Source: Balanoglossus misakiensis
Lineage: Eukaryota; Animalia; Hemichordata
Length of the DNA stretch: 64,000 bases
Direction of reading: 5' to 3'
Assembly: GCA_040954595.2 (NCBI GenBank)
Contig: CM082585.2
Span: 6,597,808-6,661,807 of the forward strand
Shown here: positions 50,901 through 64,000 of the stretch, piece by piece
How the letters are laid out: every line of letters begins with the position of its first letter
Position numbering within the stretch: position 1 is the first letter of the stretch
Translations under genes and position numbers: made by a program
Notes under the pieces: generated by a model
Databases searched by the model: none
What the model saw: only the letters and a program-made list of their open reading frames with translations
Told to the model about the DNA's origin: nothing

Positions 50901-53900
50901 AGTGTGACTCATTCAAATGAGTGCAGAAAAAAATGCTAACATCTTCAATAGCTAAACCGTCAAATTGTTTCAACTGAACACTATTTTTTTATTTTAATGG
51001 GCCAGACCATTTTCCACACAAAGGTACGGAACAATAACTCCAGCAGAAAAATTACCTTATCAGATTTGCTGCCATTGGCATTCTCCTTTGCATCGCCAGG
51101 ACTGCAATGAAAACAAATGTTAATGTTAATATGGAGCATACCATTCGAGCTCATACACTTTTATCGAATTTAGCAAAACTTCTAATTTCCCAGCACAGTC
51201 TTCAAGTGTTTTGCAGTATGCCAAGACGATCTCCTGAGAGAAACTTCATGTTCTCAAGTGTAAATTTCAACATTAAAAATTGAGATAATGTGAATCACCT
51301 TTCTGATGTTGCCTCTGATTTCTGATCCGTTTCTGTCAGCATCTTGGCACATCTGTTCATATCTTCTTTGGCAAACTGTGAAAACATCTGTACTACGTAG
51401 TCCATGAAAGCTTCCGATTCCTGTACGTAGAAATTGTTGTGTTAGTATTACTCCAAAATCTTCCCATGATTGAGACTATGCCACATACACTGTTTGTGTA
51501 TTATTTATGTAATATGTATTTTTATGTGTGTTGGTTTATGCACATCCAATCCGAATTTTCTGCAAATTTTGCATTCAACGCATTCATATAGTGGACTGCC
51601 TTCGCTTCCTTCCATACTTCATGTGCACCGTATAAGTAGACTTTTGTTTTGTCCCTACTTTCCACCCAATTTGCTGTCTTTTCCCGATCTCTGACACAGA
51701 CTGTGGTCGCCGCCATCTTTTTTGTATGTTAAGACAGCACAATGCCTTATGGCATTAACCACATACAATTTTCGTAACCAGGGTCTCTGGTTTGGTATCT
51801 GCACATAAGACGATCGTCGCCCTTTAACAGTCCCTATCAAATACGTCTCATGCTCCTACCTCTGACACTGTGAAGTTTTCCTTCCACATATCGGCGAATG
51901 TAGACAACACAGAGGCTTGATACAAACACTCTATTCTGTTGGCGTCGGCCGCGACGTGGAACATCATGGTGAAAATTGCCTCGTTCACAACTTGTCCATT
52001 TTCAGCGAATTTCGACAGCAAGTGGGCATATGACGCCATGACTCTGGAGGTGCAGAACCTGGAGAAGAAATTCACAGAAAAAAGTTAAAGGGACATTAGT
52101 TGTATCTTTTGGCTTGATTTTCAGTATTTTTGTTCTACTCCAAACAGCATGCTAATAACCCAGTACTTCGCTTGTCAACATAGCCTGTATGTGTGTAACG
52201 GCCATTGTTGACAAATAAATTACTTACTTTTCAATGTGCGTTTTCATCTCTATATTTCCTTGCTGACTGTCTTCGTTGTACAGTTGCTGTGTGACCAGCA
52301 GGAGTTCGGTGTTTCCCATGATCAGCTCTCGGAGATATTCCACAGTCTCCGTGTCCGGGTTGTACTTCCTGATCAGCAGCACGTACAAATCGTACACATT
52401 CTGCAGTCGGTTGATCTTCTCTGCAAGATTGCGAAACAAAGGGCGGATTAAAGCGCGTAGCTCGTCTCGCGCGCATGCGCGTAACTTCCCAGCAAATTTT
52501 CCGTTCGATGCATTCAAATAGTGGACTGCCTTCGCTTCCTTCCATATTTCATGCGCACCGTATATTAAGTAGATTGTGGTTTTGTCCCTCCTTTTCACCC
52601 AAGCTGGTGTCTTTTCCGGATTTCCGACACAGATTATGGTTGCCGCCATCTTGTGTGAGCACTGCCTTATGGGATTGACTGTTCGCTAAACGTCTGGAAC
52701 CAGCGGCTACAGTTGGAACATGCGTGTGAGACGAGCTACACGCTTGAACTGTGAGCTTGAAAGTTGAAAGCACTCTCTAAGCCCATACAGAGTTACAAGG
52801 GACTTTCCTAAACTGACAGTTGGCTTTGATAGATAGGCCAATTAATGTGCATGTTGTACATGTACTGCACTGGGACTGTAACATAGTGGCCACTGTATAT
52901 AGAGGTGGCCACTTACACAGGTTTAACTGTACATTTGTAATAACATGTACTTACCCAGAGCATCTCGAGCATGCGCACTGTTATTGTTGTCTGTGTCAGA
53001 CATGTTCCTCTTCAGATATCTCGACAATGCTGTGAATATTTCTCGAAGTGCCTTTACGAGGACGCAAAGTCTGTCAAACGCAAAGAAAAGATGATTATAC
53101 AAATTATTCATACACGCAACATCATTATGAAAGTCCATGTGACACGACAAATTTCCACTACACAGAGGTGGCCACTAACAGAGGTTTGACTGTACCTTGA
53201 AAAGTAGACATCTGCCTGGCCTGTCTTTTTGGTCGAAGCGTACGACTCCCACGTTCTCAGAGTAAGATAACAAATGGTACCAGTGATGCTGGCTGAAACA
53301 GTTTCACTGGAAAATTAAAGAGAAAAAGCAAATATGTCAGATTCTCACATAAAAACACAGGAATGACCCTGGAGAACATTCTGGAATTGATCCAACAAAT
53401 TTTGTAGACTAGCAAGATTAGCTAACCAAATTTTTTGGCCGTTGTGAGATGTTGCAGGGTAGTGGTAGTTAATTAATTTAATTTCTCCAACCAACAACAA
53501 CTTCAACTAATAATGCGGGTGTTTCACGATTTTTTTTTCAAATACTCTTAGCACACACTTAGTGCAAGACAGCTAGCAATTTTCTTAAGACAAATACCAT
53601 GCAATTGCAACCATCTCAGTGTAAGGACACCCTGTCACCCCTACAAAAAAGTGGAACTGTCACACTTCTAATGAAAACAAGCTTCACACACTGATATTCA
53701 ACACAGCATGGGGCATTTGCCAATCAGAGTTTCATACCCCACAGGGATAATTTCCGTTTTGTACATTATAGATAAAGTGTTAATGATGTACTTACTTTAA
53801 ATCGCTCAACTCTACTTCCTGTAGTTGCGTTAGCTGTAGAAAGTAACCAATGGCCCACCAGAAATACGTCAATTCTGTCTTGTATACACTACTGTCAGAG

Positions 53901-56092
53901 TTCTGTAAAATAAAAACAAGACTATTGGTGAATACAAGAAACTAGTTACAAACTTGTTATTTGGTTATATAACAGTATGATATTAACAAGGTACATGTAC
54001 ATAATTTTTATCAACTGCAGATCGACTTTGCTCTGGAAGATGTTGATAGACACAACTGAATTACAAGTAATAGACAGCAACAATTTCTATTCTCTAGAAG
54101 TATTACCAATGAGATTTCCAACAAGTGAATATGGATGATTAGATAAAATACAAGGCCATGCATGGAAAAATTCATCCGTACATGTAGTACTTCGTTGGCT
54201 CATCTTACATCAACATCAGATACCCACAAGGGTTTCCTAGCAACGTGCAGTGATGAAGATGGAAGCCGGTCAAAGGTCAAAATGCCCATCTGAATTCAAC
54301 ACGTGAGTGATAACATACAGCGGTTGCAGATGCCACACAAATAAGCTTCTTTATATGCAAATTTATCAAAACAACAGCCACACAATAAACACAGATGAAA
54401 GCTTATATCACTGTCTCCATGGCAACCTAGGAAGTCTGCTGGAGGGAGCATGACAAGGGTTTCACCCCCCGGCAAGCCTACCTTCAATTTGACTGACAGC
54501 TTGTCCAGACCTTTTCTTGTGAAGGCAATAGCAAAGTCCCTCAGTAATATCCTGTTAGTTTGAAAACACAATGAAAGAACACCTGGTTAGATCAGCAATC
54601 ATTTTGCAATCAGATCAATTTATTAATTGACAAAATATTATACCAGTCAGAGAGTGATTGTACATGTAACTGCAAGAATACGAAATTTAACTGAAACACT
54701 GGGAAAGATGATTTTTTCCCCCTCATTAAATTCAGAAATCTTTCCAATTTGACAATATTAAACTCACTAACTCATCGGGCTATATGTATATGCATTGCAA
54801 TTGTTTGTACATGTACTGTTACAGTGTTCTCCCCAAGGTAATTAAAGCATGGTGGCCACCATTCTTTAATTTGAGAAGACAATAGAACTAAAATACCATA
54901 ACAATTGATTATATTGTTAATGCGAATTAGCGGCCACGCTTTCCCAAAATCCTGGGGAGAACACTGTCTTAAGGTGTTTAAAATGCCATACCCATAGGAA
55001 ATGGTCCCTGCCCATCACCCCTGCAATTTTAGTGCACAGGGCCAATTTACTATAGGAAACAATGGATTTGGACTAAACCACGGCAGTGAAAGGGTTAAGT
55101 ACCTATAGTCTGCGCCTTCTGAATCATCGGACGATTCGCTACCATCACTGCTACCCAGAGAGAGCATACTGCCTTGTTGATCTTCACTGTTCCCATTCTC
55201 ACTGTCGCCTTTCTCCATACTGTCTTCATCGCTGTAACTTTCTCCATCTTCTCTGTCTTCGTTAGTAACCATGTCAACAGTCTCACCATCTTGGCCATCC
55301 TTCAGCTGTAGTCAAGACAACGTGGTAAAGTCATACTAGTAATTCAAGATTGGCATTGAGATTTATAAATACCTCGGACTGATCTTTTATTACATATGTT
55401 TGTGAATGCACTGTCATCTTGCAAGGAAATGCTGATGAATTCTTGTACAGATCATGTGTGTGTCCGGTGTAAATAATTTAAACCCCCAGTAACTCGGACA
55501 TTCTTCAGTATTTTTCTCATACATCAACTCTTGATCTTCTCTGGACATTTTTATGAAATGTTCAGCAATTTCTGTCCATGTATTACACATCGCGCCATTG
55601 GGTGACATTTATCGCATGTTAATTATGAACATTTATCATCCAATCAGCAGCCGCGTCACATAGAGCTTTCGATTCAGCGAGAGTGGGGAATCAATTTGAT
55701 CCCACACTCACAGGGGCCATGGGTGTGAGGAATGCGTGACATCATAACAAGTTACCTTTGCTTTTTGTTTCAACTGTTCTGTGATTTCTTCCAGCGTGTA
55801 GTCCATATCCAGCAAGAAGTTGTCTGCAGAATTCTGTCCCGGGCCCCACATGGCCATGGCTAGGCTGCTTCTGGGCTTGCCTCCACAGCCCTCCATGAGC
55901 TCGTCAACAGACTGAGAAGAAGAATATGAAAATAGAGTAATAACTGGGTGTTGAACAAATCTGACGTGGATTCTGTACATTTTGTTGGTTGTCATCAGAA
56001 AGATTTAGATTATGTGCACTGTCATGCTCACGGGAATAGTATATTATATAACCTTGGTGTGCCCTCAGTATTGCCTGAGTTTCAATTATTAT

Positions 56093-56127
<35 letters not shown>

Positions 56128-59100
56128 GCAATAACAACGGCAACCACCAAGCAAAAACTTTGCAACAAACTCACCTCCTCTTTGAAGATGACACACAGCA
56201 AATGCAAGATTGAAACCAGCTTCTGATCCTGCAATCAACATGATTAGAATAACTGTCAGTTTTGATGTTTCTCGGCAGTGGTGTTCACTTGTATTTGACC
56301 AAGAAAATGATGTGGGAAACGTGCTTGACATACTGATATGACTACATCCCGGAACACAAAACACAAAATCACTCAATGAATTATTGGGTAGTAGGGAGGA
56401 TGACACATGCATACACGTACATGTTTAACTGTAAGACCGGGATCCAAGAAATTTAACTTAGTACATTTACAGTTCTCATTGTGATTCGAGAAAGTACTCT
56501 GAGCGTATGTCTGTTGTAAGATTTGTAAAAGACCCTAATTCTGACCCTAAATATCTGAAGAATTAACCAACTCACCATTTCTGGACGACTACACAGCGAT
56601 ATAATAACATCTCCTAAACCTTCTTCCAGGAAATTCCTGAACACAAGCAAGCACACGACAGTGTAAAATTACATGTATTTATCAAGAATTGGTGCCCCCA
56701 TCATGAGGTCCTCTCAAGTCAGACCGTCACAATAACCCTATCACATGCAACCAGAGACAAATCTGGTGATTCCAGTTGATTTGCTGAAAAATCAGTTTCC
56801 ATGTCCAGGGGTCTGCCCCAGGTTGACGCGAGTCCTGGTAAACTCATTAATATTCATGCTCATTAATATGCATGATTAATATTCATGTCTTTTGCAAGTC
56901 ATACCCATTCATCAATGTATTAAAATAAAATGGATTGAGTACATAAAAAATGTCTACTGGAAGCCTTTGTTTGCTAGCTTTTTTACTTGAGTGCTGGTCA
57001 GGCCCGAATGCTATAAGTTGCATCCATAGCGGATTTTTACCTGATAATTTGTGTGTGTTGGTTCGATTTGTTCTTCCATACACCACCACCACCACTGTTG
57101 TTAATTTTGTTGGATTTGTCATGCTGGGAGCGCAGGGTATTACCCAGCCATATAAGGACGCTTTGAATTGTATCAATTCTCTCTGTTGTCATAGTTTCCT
57201 CCGCATACTGGACACAAAAAAAGCAACAAGAAAAATTTCGGTTTGGTGGATATTTGTCTAAAGTGCAATGATTTCAAATACATTTAATTTTAAGTTTGAA
57301 TGAAATCAGTCCATGCATCTCTGATTGGCTTGGGAGGGACCACTGGAGACACATACACACACAGTCACACACATGGACTAATGGAATCAAATCTATTAGT
57401 CTCTTTGGACTTTGCCTGTAGGGACTAAAAAGATGCATAATTGTATCAATTCTATGTACAGAGAAACACTCAACACACTATGATACCATCACAAACAGAA
57501 ACACACTTAACGTTTTGTTGGTGCACATATTAATAAGACATATTCAACTGCCGACTTGAGCTTAAACAGAGATGTCATTATCCAGGACTTACGTCTTCCA
57601 GTGTTTGCTGCATTTCGGAGACAACGGCCTCTGCAAGTCTACGGTCACACATCGCCTCCTTCAGATCCGCGATCATTTTCTGCAGATCCCTGAAGACATC
57701 TGGGATGTCTTTCGCCTTGCTGCTCTGGATGAGGAATTCTGGCGGCGTGGAAAGCTTGGCCAAAATCCTGCAGATTGGAAAACAAACAAATCAGAAAAAC
57801 ACATCAGTATGTTACGTATACAGTTGGGCCTACTGGCATAATTTATCGGGAGTCTCACACGGCAATTTGCTGGGGTAGCCCTATTCAGTTACACCTGTCC
57901 AAGACGTCCCTGGGAAACAAAATAAGATGGGTGATGGTTTTTTTTTTTATTGTGTTGCGAGTGAAATTGCCTTCCCCTACATCAATCTTAAGTATCAAAT
58001 TACACTGATCACAGATCAGTTATTTCAGATGTCTTGTTTTAAACATAATTAATGAAAAAAGGGCAGGGCAGTGAGAGAGAGACTTTGTCCCTTTAAAGGG
58101 TTTGGACAGCTTACCTTGCACACAGAGAGAAAATAGTCGGATCATTATCACTGTAGATCATAATCGGTATCAAATCCTGAAAAGATTAAAATCATAATTA
58201 GAGCTAAAAAACTGAGATTGCTATCAAACAATCTACAGAAACTCATTTCTATAGCAATTATAAAATAGATGGAGATTTGTACAAACTGAGATGCTTCAAA
58301 AAGTCTGTATGTCTCTGGATTCAAAAACTAAAGACAAACATATGCTTACTGTTTTAATGAGCTGGTTAATGGCAATGGCTTGACGGACATTTCTCTTGGC
58401 ATGGTCTTCATGTTGTAGATTTGTTAATAACTCCTCAAGACTCTCTGCAATTGCGTGGAAAATAGAAATGTACATGAAAAACCCATAAATTTTCACCTTT
58501 TTTTTACTCATGGTCTGTGTATGCAGCGGGTAACCTTTATGACTTTATTAATGATCTTCCAGTTTAAGATACGATAAAACGGGTAATTTTCGCGACAGGG
58601 AATTTTCACGATATATAAAGAGGCAACTGTTATGCTACGATCAATTTTCAACTTCTCGTATTTCACAAACTGCATTGTTATCTCTGGAAACTTTTTTACA
58701 CAACATTTTGCGAAAATTTATCGTTTGCAAGAAAATTCCCGTTTTACAGTACGCCTACTCTAGGAAAAAAAGTCAGCAGTTTTCTATGGCAAATAGACCC
58801 AAGTTTAGTCATGTGATAAAGGTACAAAAACATGTACATGTAAACACACATCGTGTGTGAGCAAGATTTTAGGAACGTGTGTGTTTCTATGGCTGCATGT
58901 TTTTCACACATGTGTTTGTTTGTACCGTGGTGTGTACAAATTCTGGGTTTCACCAATTATGCACAAATATACACAGGATCGTATGATTATGATATGAATA
59001 ACATCACGTGTCCTGTACCACACACGCACTGAAATACACAATACGGCTTCATAGAACAAAGAACAATCCATACCTTCACAGGTATCAGCCACCACGTAGA

Positions 59101-59176
59101 CCTCCCCAAGTGGGTATCCAAGATTGGAGGACACGGCATTCATGCCGCCATCTCCAGTCATAATACGCCATTCCAT
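47054..59176 (-). CDS. tim: Timeless (TIM1, circadian Drosophila-type), ~23 coding exons
   Basis: Spliced peptides MEWRIM..LGYPLGEVYVV (59176-59074), LQHEDHAKRNVRQAI, DLIPIM, TYFWWAIGYFLQL, LYVLLIRKYNP..YLRELIMGN, FAENGQVVNEAIFTMMFHVAAD (52058-51860), LQSWFLEACYVKL, EPIAYF, KSVPLVMW..LGVHLPED..FPSIPSFWT..AQELGPV (49931-49731). These are collinear with recalled Drosophila TIM motifs. TAA stop at 47054; the last exons are less certain. Confidence 0.85.
47901..47937. repeat. (ATTT)n microsatellite
   Basis: Directly visible. Confidence 0.9.
47984..49148 (-). mobile_element. Non-autonomous Helentron/HINE-like element in a timeless intron
   Basis: One end has the hairpin AGGGCACAAGC-(N)-GCTTGTGCCCT. 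The other has a matching GGGCACAAGC subTIR next to AGCTGCAAGCAGCGAT. Internal ~220-240-bp direct repeats (GGTCACCCAAAATT x3); A/T-run flanks. Confidence 0.65.
49454..49667. mobile_element. TA-flanked MITE (TIR CTG(C/T)AAAACACTTTATTTTCGCGAG); fragments at ~2768-2816, ~15900, ~30745 and a related copy at ~58570-58750
   Basis: Inverted termini of ~27 bp and repeated TCGCGA motifs. Confidence 0.7.
52452..52744. mobile_element. Kolobok-like MITE in a timeless intron; degenerate relative at ~51545-51720
   Basis: TTAA|AGCGCGTAGCTCGTCTC ... GAGACGAGCTACACGCT|TGAA inverted termini. Confidence 0.6.
56092..56127. repeat. (GAT)n microsatellite
   Basis: Directly visible. Confidence 0.9.
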
Positions 59177-59203
59177 CTGTTCAATAAAAAAACCCATGGA
59201 ATT

Positions 59204-59445
59204 CAGTGTTTCATTCAGGATGCCATGATCAAGAGGGGGGATATGTCGACCCCCTTTGCCAGAATATTTGGGGGGAGGGATTCCACTCTGGCAGGGGGGG
59301 GGGGGGGGGCTGTTATATCTTCAACATATGAATGACATGATGGGGCACTGGTCCACCCTTGACAAATTGCTAGGGGGTGCCAACATGTCAACAGAGGGTG
59401 AACACCCCCCCCCCCCCAATCCCTCCCTGTCTAAATGAAACACTG
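59204..59445. mobile_element. MITE with CAGTGTTTCATT termini next to the acceptor of the first coding timeless exon
   Basis: CAGTGTTTCATT ... AATGAAACACTG, flanked by repeated GGAATT. Confidence 0.6.
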
Positions 59446-60640
59446 GGAATTAAACATTAGGAGAAATACAAAAAGTGAAAATCTTGATTAACCCGGGCCT
59501 CATAAGAAAAGAAATGAAATCAATTGTGAGTCATCTTCCTAATAATCCTATGCTGCACCTCAGAAAAAAAATCCACCTTTCAATACAGGTACAGTTGGTA
59601 ATAAATTGTCCTACGCACATTTATCACAAACCATTTTCTTTCCAATGGTCTACACTAATGTACATTGAATGCATCATCTCTACAATCCAATCTATAAGAG
59701 AATCCCCGTTACAGTACCTGTTCTATTGTCTACATCTAAAGGTAAAATTCCACACAACACACTATATTACAATTTTAATATCCAGTGTTGGGGATTGATT
59801 TCCAAATACAAACTCCAGCAAACTTACATGTGCTGTATATGAATTTAAAACTGAAATACAAGAGACCACACCAATTTATGCAGCAATTGGCCAAATGTCA
59901 CATGACAAGTAACACCAGCTGGTATTGTCAATTGCTACTGTGTCAGTTTTCCCAACTCTCTGAATGTAGCATAGTCTCCCATAGATAAAATGTTTGTTTG
60001 TTTTTTCTTCCGAATATATAACCATTTAGAAAGTGATTTTGACAATTTATTTAACCAGGTAAAACAGTCTCTCTAATGGTATCAATCTCTCAGCATGGCT
60101 TGATTCAGATTGCTCTACCTACGTGGATTTCCTTGCTGATTGTTTTGACAAGAATGAGAAACAACAAATTTAGACGTCTTGATAAAGATCAGATCAATGC
60201 AAAACGTTGCATGAGGTTAGTTAGCAAGGTAGATGTCGCCCACGTTCCAGCGGTACCATTTTGTCATCGTGGTACTACTAAAACTAGTTTCGAGAACGGG
60301 GTCACGCGAAACAGCGTCACTATGTCATAACAACCACTCGAGGGAAAAAGAAACGAGAAAAATATCACATACAGTTCAGTGTGCATTCAAAATAGATCTC
60401 GTAAACTATGAGTCATTGTCTAGGCCGTTTTAACAGTTTTTGGCAAAGGAAGTGCCAAAAACCATGAAAAAACGGTTGAAAATTATGGTTTTTGTTGACC
60501 AGTCGACATGCATTCATTGCATGGCCTTCAACAGAACACGCCATTACAACATGGATCTCCCCCACACGATAGCAACACACACAATTTACAATGTACAAAG
60601 AAAGTCTACCACGTTCTCCAGGTACAAACACCGTACTTAC

Positions 60641-61560
60641 ATTTGACTTGTTGGAATTGCACCCTGGAAGATTACAGGAATCTTGTAGTTTTGCTATTTG
60701 TAGGATTAATTACCTCTCGCAGACGGCGATCATGTTTAGAAAGGTTGGAATCTGATATCCTCTCGATCTGAACTGAACACCCTCTGACGTCAGATGTTGT
60801 CGTGCGCAATGTAGGTCGGGAAACCCCCTGAACATGTGAATGGCAGTCACGTTGGGGGAATCCGGTACGGTAGCCCCAAAGTGCCAGAAATAGTACTGGT
60901 ATCTTCAACGTGTGTCAAGTGATCGTGTTGTTGCAGTCGCATTTCGGCTGCAGTTCGTTAGCCCAGTGGCTGTGCTACACACACGGTATGTGAAGAGCCA
61001 TAGTACAGGCGAGACGCTGGGCGAACAAACTCATGCGACTGTGAACGTGGTTTCGTGGATGGACACGTCCCCTGGGAGCGCAAGTGTGTGTGTGTACGTG
61101 TGTGTGTCTCCCTAGCCACCTCTATTGTTTAGGGTAGGCTCCCTGGGGTGGGGATAGGTTCAAAACAAACGTGTTAATAGGCTGACGTGATTTCACATTA
61201 TGGGCGGAATTAACTGCAGTCATGATTGAAAACATAGAATGGGACCAAATTTTAACAATAACATTTTTTTGTTGCTTCGATTGAAATTAACTTTTTTTTT
61301 ACTCAGCCTAACGTATTAATAAAAAAATAACTTGTAAAAGATACTTACTTTGTGGGCTGTGACGTTTTCATTAACAAAATTCATCGAAAATAGCGATTAT
61401 CACATGGAGCAAAATATCCCTCTGTATTTTGTAAAACAGATCTAGAGCACTCAAATTGGACAATTATGAATTATTATTGGGTACCGGGTATAAGAAGCAG
61501 AAGCTGGATTGATTATTATAATATCTTGATTGAGACATGTGTACTACGCACGTGTCACAT
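60641..61560 (-). promoter_or_regulatory. Putative timeless 5' UTR exon and promoter region
   Basis: Minus-strand donor AAAT|GTAAGT at 60641/60640. Locally CpG-richer, with a TGACGTCA (CRE) at 60785-60792 and a CACGTG E-box at 61549-61554. Short motifs can occur by chance. Confidence 0.35.
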
Positions 61561-64000
61561 TTCGTTCATTTTCAGACTGATTCGGCGGCAAAGTCTATTT
61601 ATAGTACATGTACGTGTATTTTTACAATTAAATACTATAAAATAGCACACATTGGCTAAAGCTGACCCAACGACTCTCGACGTTGGGGGCGCTGAACCCA
61701 TGCTCGTGACAGTATGTATCTTCTGAAAGGACACTGAAATATATACATATACTGACAATTGCGGTAATTTTGGGGCGATTTGTCGTTTGCTTTCCCGATT
61801 CATTAATTTCTTGAGCTTGGTCTGGCCGAGAAAAGCTGACCAAATTACATAGCTGTGCCATGGTCATGTACCGTGTTTAGTAGACGTAGGAGTTCGGACT
61901 GAAGGGGTGCACACTAGTGTCGATCAAAATTTTTCCCTTGAAGCGCGCCTAATGCCTAATAGGAAATGTCTTGTGTACCGTAACGCGACAACCATATTAT
62001 CATGGAAAAATAGTAAATAAAATGTATTTTAAATTTGCATTGACTCCAACTTTGGGCTAGTGTCAGTATTTTTATTTTGGATATCAACCTTGGTTTCTTG
62101 TTCTACTCTTTAAAACATAATGACTTGCTCAGTATTTTTTTTCAACACACAGCCCCTTTGTATGAATCGGCATTGTCATTTTTGAAAATTGAACTCTTTC
62201 CGGACTTGAAGTCCTTTGTCACAATAACAATGGTTATTATTTATATACAGGCTTTATTGAGAAGCTAAGACTGAACATTTCATCATTCTATTCAGAGTAT
62301 AACAAAAAAAAAACAAGAGTTGATACATTGGAAAAAATTACTGAGAAAATAGCCAAAGGTAAATGCTGAGGCTTTCAGTATTTACTGAAATATGAACTGT
62401 ATAACCAACAAATCCATTCATTTCCGATTCGAGTCTCATCCAAATCAGCTTACCCTGGAAGACCATATCCCAAATCACAAATCACGATATTGCCCTTAAT
62501 GCCGTGCCATGCGTATAATGATCCGAAACTTAATCCCCAAATCATTTTTCAAACGTTGCTGTAATTGTATGAGTGACTTTATAAAATGCCACAGCTTAGA
62601 ACGTTACTCCTCTTTCCCTCTGTCTGTCTGTCTGTCTGTCTGTGTCTCCCTCTCTACAAACGGTTATAGCATATTTCTAAGCAAACAACAGAAACTACAT
62701 GAAATGTATTCACGTGAAGGAAAATGTCCAATTGCCAGACAAAGTCTATCGGCATTTTATCCCCATTAACGCGTCCACTAAGGGTTTCGACGGTAAAAAA
62801 GCCATGCAATACCACCATCATAGTGTTTCTGAAAATATTTATTCAGTACAAACAGACACGCGGCCTACCATCAACAATGGGTAGGTGAGTCGAGTGTGTG
62901 GACCTAAAAGCCTGGCCATGTATCCTATAGGCTGCGATGCGACCGCGTTGAGTCCCAGAGATAAGCAGCCGTCTACTGCTAGTGTCCCGCCATTGCATGC
63001 ATTGTTAGTTCGAAATCAGCATCAGTTCTTCAAAGCATGCTAGAAATTAAAATTCCACTTTTCATTTTATAGAGATCATCTTACTGCTATATCAAGAGTC
63101 TTGAATCGAACAATTGTTTTATCTATACAGGACATACATGTTATGGGTGGCAAGACGCCAGGCCGTCAAATGTTGCCTCTGCCGTACGGATTGAAAAAAT
63201 ACCGAATTTAATTCACAACCCATTATACGTACATCCGATATTCATTTGTACAATTACGCCATGTAAAATAAACCCAGTCCGATGATGATGATGATGTTGT
63301 TAATTATTATGTACCAGTATATATAGCAGCTGTTTTAAAACCACAGGCAAGCTCATCTGTTCGTGCGTTCTTCAAGTTTCACCAATGTCCGTAGTTTGAG
63401 CATTGGACGATGATGGCGAAGCAATAGCTGATAACAGACAAGTATGAGATATTCAAAATTTTCTCTTACCTGAAGGACTTTCAGCGTAGCTACCCATGGG
63501 TGGAACATTTTTTGCCGCTTTCGTTGTATGTCGTCGATGATTTCCTTTTTTTCACTGAGAATCCACTCCTCAAACTGTGAAAATCCTCAGTGAAACGATC
63601 GTTAACTGTGGCTCTCCATCATGCACAGAAAATGGTGTATTGTTCTCTTCTTCCCCATCTACTTCTTATTTGTCCCGTCAAACGCACGAAGTGACCCGCC
63701 TCCGTGCTCATTTTTGGGGCGGAGCGTGGGTACGTACAGCAACCGAACAATCCATGATTGTCAGGGTTTTCCCCCGTAAGCTAGGCGGACTATTGTAAAT
63801 AATTTATCATACGCAGATAATTTATCATAAATATGAGAAGTCCCATTTTCGAGTTAGACGACAGACAGTATAAGTCTGGCAATGTTACGCTTCAGATGGA
63901 TCTGACGCGTGTCGTTGGAGCCAGTTCTTTAGAATGAAAGTCAGGCGATATTCAGTTCACCTATAGCACTGCTAATAATCAATTTTCAGATTGTTGCAAT

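Noticed and set aside
51545-52680. Duplicated intronic ncRNA (snoRNA-like) in timeless
   Set aside because: One copy is bounded by inverted termini and TTAA-like flanks, so a MITE explains it; no convincing box motifs were seen.
59256-63798. Numerous 60-107 aa ORFs right of timeless
   Set aside because: No recognisable domains or consistent exon chain; most use non-ATG starts.

Overview
AT-rich, intron-containing animal DNA, probably a marine invertebrate. DED-NLRs, pentraxins and a Drosophila-type timeless suggest a non-chordate, possibly ambulacrarian, genome (inference only). Bases ~1-45,590 are a tandem array of a 13-16 kb innate-immunity unit: three full copies plus the end of a fourth that runs off the left edge. 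Each unit has a + strand pentraxin exon and a convergent multi-exon - strand NLR gene. Splicing by hand gives copies 1 and 2 the architecture [Q-rich linker]-[OTUD1-like OTU deubiquitinase with catalytic Cys/His intact]-[DED]-[NACHT]-[LRR-like]. Copy 3 lacks the OTU exon and instead has about 14 tandem copies of a 54-aa Q/S/P/H-rich repeat. The LRR-like regions vary periodically between paralogs. The array contains an RT-deleted Ngaro/DIRS-class retroelement, a 3 kb TIR element filled with two satellites that share an inverted palindromic core, Harbinger- and hAT-like MITEs, and an Academ-like terminus. Bases ~47,050-59,180 hold a ~23-exon - strand timeless (TIM1-type) gene with several intronic MITE/Helentron insertions. 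All coordinates and alignments were read by eye; no database searches were run.
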